IMG/VR virus record: IMGVR_UViG_3300029310_000003 | Strand: one strand, 5' to 3' | Source: a virus | DNA: 64,000 bases | Shown: positions 59,712 through 64,000 of the stretch, piece by piece | Position numbering within the stretch: the first letter of the stretch is position 1 | How the letters are laid out: each line of letters begins with the position of its first letter | Program-made: the position numbers and the translations under genes | Notes under the pieces: generated by a model | Database searches by the model: none | What the model saw: only the letters and a program-made list of their open reading frames with translations | What the model was told of the DNA's origin: nothing

Positions 59712-60324
59712 TTTCACGTCTCCTTTGCCTGTAAAAGAGTTTATTGTACGCCTCATAGCGTTTGTCGATGTGCGTCGAGCTGATAAGCCCGCCCGATTTC
59801 TCCATCAGCACATCAAAGTAGTTCTTGCCCTTCCCGCACGGATGCATTTCCGGACATCCCCCGCGATATACGCAGTTCGGACAAAGCACATCCGCAATTT
59901 CCGGCTCGATCTCATGCAACGCCGCCTTAAAGTCCTCGGCATACTGTCGCGTCTCTGGCGAGGACTGGCGGCACAAGCGCTTGCGCATGGTGTCAATGAG
60001 CGACTGCGCATTTGCTTCGCCTGTGAAGTCAACAGGTGCGTCCTGTGGCAGTTTGTCTCGCGGTATCCCCGTCCGGTCTGAACGCTGGCTTTTGATGTAC
60101 TTCTCAAATTTGTGGCGGCTCCAATGCGTCGCCACCCAACTCTTGATGCCGTGCCATGTCCATTTTACGGAGATATCCCGGATCGGGCTGTGCTCCGCAA
60201 TGAGAATTTTCCTTTTGAAATCCACGCTCGGCTCATGGTCGAGCGGCGGCTTGCCAACCGTTGACCGGCAGTCGGAAGCGACTTCCATCCAGTCTCCCTT
60301 GATCTTCAAAATTTCCGTTTTCAT
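59704..60324 (-). CDS. ThyX-like (FAD-dependent thymidylate synthase fold) protein, degenerate motif
   Basis: 'IAEHSPIRD' and 'HWSRHKFEKYIKSQRSDR' resemble the ThyX RHR(x7)S signature, but with RHK in place of RHR. Confidence 0.5.
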   Translation of the reverse strand: MKTEILKIKGDWMEVASDCRSTVGKPPLDHEPSVDFKRKILIAEHSPIRDISVKWTWHGIKSWVATHWSRHKFEKYIKSQRSDRTGIPRDKLPQDAPVDFTGEANAQSLIDTMRKRLCRQSSPETRQYAEDFKAALHEIEPEIADVLCPNCVYRGGCPEMHPCGKGKNYFDVLMEKSGGLISSTHIDKRYEAYNKLFYRQRRRENA

Positions 60325-60596
60325 GATTTCTCCCGTTCTTTCAGAAAATCCTTCAGCCGTTCGCATTCATCCATGCAGCTTCTTGCATATGGATTTCCCC
60401 ACCCCGTCACGCAATCGTCGCACGGTGTCGGCGTTCCCATCAGTGATTCTTTCAGCCGTGCGTTTTCATTTGAAAGCTTTTCAATCAAATCAATCGTATC
60501 ATTGAAAAGCCTCTGCTTGCAGTGGACGAACGGCCTGTATCGGCATACCCCGCACCCGTTCTTTTCGTTCTCATCACAGTATCGAAGTGCTTCCAC
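60321..60596 (-). CDS. hypothetical Cys-rich protein (91 aa)
   Basis: ORF track entry. Confidence 0.5.
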   Translation of the reverse strand: MEALRYCDENEKNGCGVCRYRPFVHCKQRLFNDTIDLIEKLSNENARLKESLMGTPTPCDDCVTGWGNPYARSCMDECERLKDFLKEREKS

Positions 60597-60614
60597 GACC
60601 TTTTCTTTTTTCCA

Positions 60615-61148
60615 TTAACGTCTCCCAATTTTCAGATATTGATTTTCGTTGTGCGTGTACTCCGGGAAAAACAGAAGCAATCTCGCCGTCAATATCGCCG
60701 TCTTGGTCAGCTCCCGGTCCAGGAAAAACCATCCTCTCCAGCAAAGAGAAGCGTATACGCTCTTCTCAACAAGCGCCGCGTTCTCCCTTGCGCAGTTTTT
60801 GGGGTTCCCGTCCAGCCATACAAGATTTCCGTCTTTCCCTGGAAAATACTTTTCCTTGAAATATTTGTTTGCGGCAACATAACCGTTCTCCGTTTTCACC
60901 CTCGCCGGCTTTTTCCCATTCCATATGACCGTTCCAACGGGGTTTTTCGGTCTTAAAAGTTCTCTGCGTACATTGTGCGTTCCCTTGCGAATACCAAGCT
61001 TATGCACTCTTTTCTGCAAATTGCGAAAATCTGTCGGATGCTCCGGAAACCTCGCCACAAACAGCTCTGTCAGATCATAATAAGTCCGTGCAGTTTGTGT
61101 GTGTTCCCGAAGAAAAGCGTCCTGCTCCGCAGTAAACCTAACCGCCAT
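60615..61148 (-). CDS. HNH-endonuclease-like protein (degenerate) with Myb/SANT-like N-terminus
   Basis: 'NGYVAANKYFKEKYFPGKDGNLVWLDGNPKNCARENAALV' parallels HNH_3 'H.DGN..NN...NL', but the first His is replaced. Confidence 0.45.
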   Translation of the reverse strand: MAVRFTAEQDAFLREHTQTARTYYDLTELFVARFPEHPTDFRNLQKRVHKLGIRKGTHNVRRELLRPKNPVGTVIWNGKKPARVKTENGYVAANKYFKEKYFPGKDGNLVWLDGNPKNCARENAALVEKSVYASLCWRGWFFLDRELTKTAILTARLLLFFPEYTHNENQYLKIGRR

Positions 61149-61344
61149 TCAGTTCTCCTACAACGCTATTGATGCGCTTTCCGTCCGCTTTTGTGTATTT
61201 GTCGGCACGCATAACAACGTCGGCATTGTTTATCATCTGCTTTGCAATGCTTGCAATCGCTCTCGCGTGTTCCACGTCCGCCGTACCATTCACCATCGCA
61301 GATATCTGTTCCCCAAGAACATTTTGCAGCTCAAGTAATGTCAT
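61138..61344 (-). CDS. hypothetical protein (68 aa)
   Basis: ATG after a GGAGGTGA RBS. Confidence 0.45.
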   Translation of the reverse strand: MTLLELQNVLGEQISAMVNGTADVEHARAIASIAKQMINNADVVMRADKYTKADGKRINSVVGELNGG

Positions 61345-61374
61345 TTTTTCACCTCCATCAGACAATGTTTCACC

Positions 61375-61707
61375 CTAAAACACCCCCATTTTCTTCTTGT
61401 AGTTGTATATCGACGACCGGCTGATCCGAAGCTCCTCGCAGATCTTTTTCTGCGGCACCTTCAGCCGGAGCATTTCCTTCAGCCGCTCCACGTCGATCTT
61501 TTCTTCGACACTCGGACGGCCTTTCTTTTCGTGCGTACCGCCGCCCAGACAGTTACAGCACTCCGTATCTGCGTATGGGCAGCGTTGGAGGCAGAAATTG
61601 ATTTCCTCCTGCGTGTCGTATGTGCGTTTTTCAATGGGATCGTCCCTGTATACGCTGTTCCATGGAAGTGCCGCCAAAATCAGCACATTTTCACGTCCGG
61701 ATCTCAT
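61375..61707 (-). CDS. HTH DNA-binding protein with Cys-rich N-terminal region
   Basis: C-terminal 'QKKICEELRISRSSIYNYKKK' is a Hin/resolvase-type HTH. Start lies 7 nt after GGGAGG. Confidence 0.55.
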   Translation of the reverse strand: MRSGRENVLILAALPWNSVYRDDPIEKRTYDTQEEINFCLQRCPYADTECCNCLGGGTHEKKGRPSVEEKIDVERLKEMLRLKVPQKKICEELRISRSSIYNYKKKMGVF

Positions 61708-61723
61708 ATTTCTGCCTCCCGTT

Positions 61724-62107
61724 TCATTCGTATAATTCTGTGATCGTGATCTCTGTTCGCGGCTCGTCCTTGTCATATAAGACCCGGCTCCCGTCATGTG
61801 CCGCCGCAATGGAGCTGTTGTCGTCCGCCAGGACTCCGGCCAATACCAGAATGTCCATTGTCGCCTCGATCAGATTGCAGAGGTCAACCCGCCTGTGCGT
61901 CGGCATGTAATATACGCACTTCACGTTGACCGACACATCGACCGGCTTTGCAGGCTTTCGGATCTGCCACAGGCACGCCTGCTCATACTCCTTGTACTGC
62001 TTCGACGGAATGACCATTCTTTTCCCGGTTTTCTTGTTAAAGATGATCTGGCTGTGATTTTTCTTTGTCCTCGGCGGCATTTTTATCATGATTCTGATTT
62101 CGTCCAT
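61724..62107 (-). CDS. rusA: RusA-family Holliday junction resolvase
   Basis: 'PPRTKKNH...IPSKQYKEYE...VDLCNLIEATMDILVLAGVLADDN' matches the RusA pattern. Confidence 0.8.
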   Translation of the reverse strand: MDEIRIMIKMPPRTKKNHSQIIFNKKTGKRMVIPSKQYKEYEQACLWQIRKPAKPVDVSVNVKCVYYMPTHRRVDLCNLIEATMDILVLAGVLADDNSSIAAAHDGSRVLYDKDEPRTEITITELYE

Positions 62108-62116
62108 CGAAGCACC

Positions 62117-62689
62117 TCAAATCGTCAGCTCATAATCATCGCCAGCGGCTGAATCCCCTTCTCCGTTCTCCTGCGGTTCCTCACCCTGCATGTTCTGGCA
62201 AAGCTCCCAGAACGCATCCACAAATCCCGTGTTAAAGGCCCGCATGAATTCGCTCCGGTCGTGGATATAGCCCTTCGACATCGCGTTTGCAAACGCCGTC
62301 CAGAGGCAGTCCACCATTTCCTCCCGATAACTGTCGCTCTGAATGGCGATCTGCTCGATCCGAAGCTCCGTCCATGTTTTGTTCTCGCCCGCGCCGTTCT
62401 GATAGTCCTTGCTGGACCACTTACCGGCGATCAGAACGTGGTCGCCCTTTCTTACGCGCTGTGCGATATTCGTCTGCGGGCTTTCTCCGACGGAAATGAT
62501 GTTCATGAAGCGCTTGTCCTCGTATGCCACGCCGAATGTGACCTTTGGCATCGGAGGCCGCGTGTCGGAGCCTTTTGTGTACTCGACCTTTGCGTCCCGC
62601 GTGACCTTTCCCCAGATCACCATGGTTTCGCAGGTTTTTCTTTTTGGGTCCTTGGGGTCTGCAATGATCGCGCTGTTGATCGGCCTCAT
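62117..62689 (-). CDS. SSB-like OB-fold protein with acidic C-terminal tail
   Basis: Lies between RecT and RusA. OB-like 'VIWGKVTRDAKVEY...KGDHVLIAGKWSSKDY'. The acidic end is 'GDSAAGDDYELTI'. Confidence 0.5.
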   Translation of the reverse strand: MRPINSAIIADPKDPKRKTCETMVIWGKVTRDAKVEYTKGSDTRPPMPKVTFGVAYEDKRFMNIISVGESPQTNIAQRVRKGDHVLIAGKWSSKDYQNGAGENKTWTELRIEQIAIQSDSYREEMVDCLWTAFANAMSKGYIHDRSEFMRAFNTGFVDAFWELCQNMQGEEPQENGEGDSAAGDDYELTI

Positions 62690-63723
62690 CCTTCACCACC
62701 GCCGAAAAAGCCGTCGTCCATGGATTCCATATCGATCTTTTTGGGCTTACTTGCGGCTGCTGCTCTCGGCTGCTTTTTCACTGCTTCCTGAACTTTTTCC
62801 GGCTTGGCATCTTTCCGGCGCGTCAGTTCCTCTTCCACCGCCGCAGTTTCAAAGAACTCTTCTTCCTGCACCGCCTCGATGGCTGGAGTGTTCTCCGTTG
62901 TGCCAGTCACCTCTCCGGTAGCCTTGTCCACGTTTATGATTGGAATGTCCGGAATTACACCATCTTCGGAGTCGCTTTCCATTGCATAGCGGATTTCATT
63001 GGAAAGCGGCGCATAACCGGAGTTCAGGAGGCTGCGGAGAACGGTTTTACGGCACATCTTGTCTTGCCCATACCCAACGTCGTTCCAAGGTGAGGATTTC
63101 CGCATCTTTTCTTCCTCTTCTTTTGTCATTTCCCCAGAAGTGAACTTTTTGAACTTTTCAAGATCAAACGCTTGTGAATACCGATCTGCATGGAACAGGA
63201 GCTTGTTCATCGACCAAAATTCCGGTCGGAACATTCCATCTTTCAATTCGAAATAGGCATAGTACCCGATTACTTGTGCTGCTTCACGCTCTTCATCCGT
63301 AGAGTAAACGTTGAAGTCAAATTTTGGCTTTCCAGTGCGCGAATCGCGTCCCATGTACTCGCCTTCTCGGATATCAAGGCAATCTATATCGTGGTACTGC
63401 TTAGTCGCAAGAGCCAGCGCAATATAGCCTTTATACGAAATGATAAAATTACACATCCGCCCGAAGGGAACCAAATGGTAGTGAATGTTGAGTATCAGGC
63501 CCATTCCTTCTCCGCGCAGTGCAGCTGCTACGACGCTTCCGGGATCACATGCCTTTAACTGGTCAGAAGAATTCACCGCTTGAATCAGCGTCGATGTAAA
63601 TCTCGCCACAACTTTGGGGTCTTTCAAAGATTTTCGGATAAGCTCCTGCATCGCGTTCGACGTGATGGCGCTTGAGAACGTCTGCTTCGGCGCACTGGGC
63701 GTCAGTCTGTTTGCTGCATTCAT
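62686..63723 (-). CDS. recT: RecT-family single-strand annealing recombinase
   Basis: 'LKACDPGSVVAAALRGEGMGL...HLVPFG...ISYKGYIAL...SPW...MCRKTVLRSLL' is the typical RecT pattern. Confidence 0.85.
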   Translation of the reverse strand: MNAANRLTPSAPKQTFSSAITSNAMQELIRKSLKDPKVVARFTSTLIQAVNSSDQLKACDPGSVVAAALRGEGMGLILNIHYHLVPFGRMCNFIISYKGYIALALATKQYHDIDCLDIREGEYMGRDSRTGKPKFDFNVYSTDEEREAAQVIGYYAYFELKDGMFRPEFWSMNKLLFHADRYSQAFDLEKFKKFTSGEMTKEEEEKMRKSSPWNDVGYGQDKMCRKTVLRSLLNSGYAPLSNEIRYAMESDSEDGVIPDIPIINVDKATGEVTGTTENTPAIEAVQEEEFFETAAVEEELTRRKDAKPEKVQEAVKKQPRAAAASKPKKIDMESMDDGFFGGGEG

Positions 63724-63741
63724 CGTTCAGTTCCTCCCTTT

Positions 63742-64000
63742 TCAATCTCCAAATTTCGGCACGCGGCAGAAGCGAATCCCGTTGGCGTTCAGCCAATCCC
63801 GCAGTGCGATCATCTGTGTTCTCGTCACATAGCACCGGAAATCCAGCACCTGTTCAGTTTCCTGCGGTTCTTCCATGCGCAACGGCTCCGGAGCATTTTC
63901 CGCGTTCAGGAGCTTTTCCGCACGCTCTGCCGCCTCTGTTTCTGCTTTCTTCTGCGCCATGCGCTCCGCACGTTCCCGTTCCGCCTTTTCCTGCGCTTCC
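63742..64000 (-). CDS. hypothetical protein, probably 5'-truncated by the window edge
   Basis: The frame stays open upstream of ATG 63960 through to the window end. Confidence 0.4.
   Translation of the reverse strand, partial: EAQEKAERERAERMAQKKAETEAAERAEKLLNAENAPEPLRMEEPQETEQVLDFRCYVTRTQMIALRDWLNANGIRFCRVPKFGD

Overview
This 64-kb window, about 55-60% GC by eye, reads as a temperate siphovirus-like phage or prophage of a Clostridia-type Firmicute. All calls come from reading the sequence and the ORF track; no searches were run. Two blocks make up the window. (1) About 20.8-64 kb, all on the minus strand. It holds a recombination/replication/early module: RecT, an SSB-like protein, RusA, an HNH-like protein, a ThyX-like protein, an ASCH protein and several zinc-ribbon proteins. 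A near-consensus promoter followed by a leader terminator comes next, then packaging, head, a large Ig-like/fibre/SGNH-esterase block, tail (tape measure, a 1278-aa BNR-propeller protein) and lysis (LL-H holin; CHAP/NAGPA/SH3 endolysin). (2) About 0.4-20.7 kb is an accessory region. Most of it is plus-strand single-gene cassettes, and ten of these are preceded by the same bipartite motif, GGGACA-N16-YAGAAY. It also carries a sigma-factor-like gene, two inverted copies of a 28-aa holin-like-toxin type I TA-like module with conserved UTRs, three ORF6C-type antirepressors, a receiver-less Spo0A C-terminal-domain protein and a tyrosine integrase with repeat-rich flanks. A tRNA island (Gly-UCC, Met-CAU) sits in about 1 kb of hairpin-dense non-coding DNA. 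An HU / extended-MazF / cysteine-desulfurase operon with no recognisable antitoxin follows it. The most unusual observations are the cassette regulon motif, the TA pair, the structured-RNA/tRNA island, the MazF-NifS coupling, and a twice-repeated intergenic RNA element in the late operon that shows a compensatory base-pair change. Many products remain hypothetical, and several starts were reassigned using RBS position.
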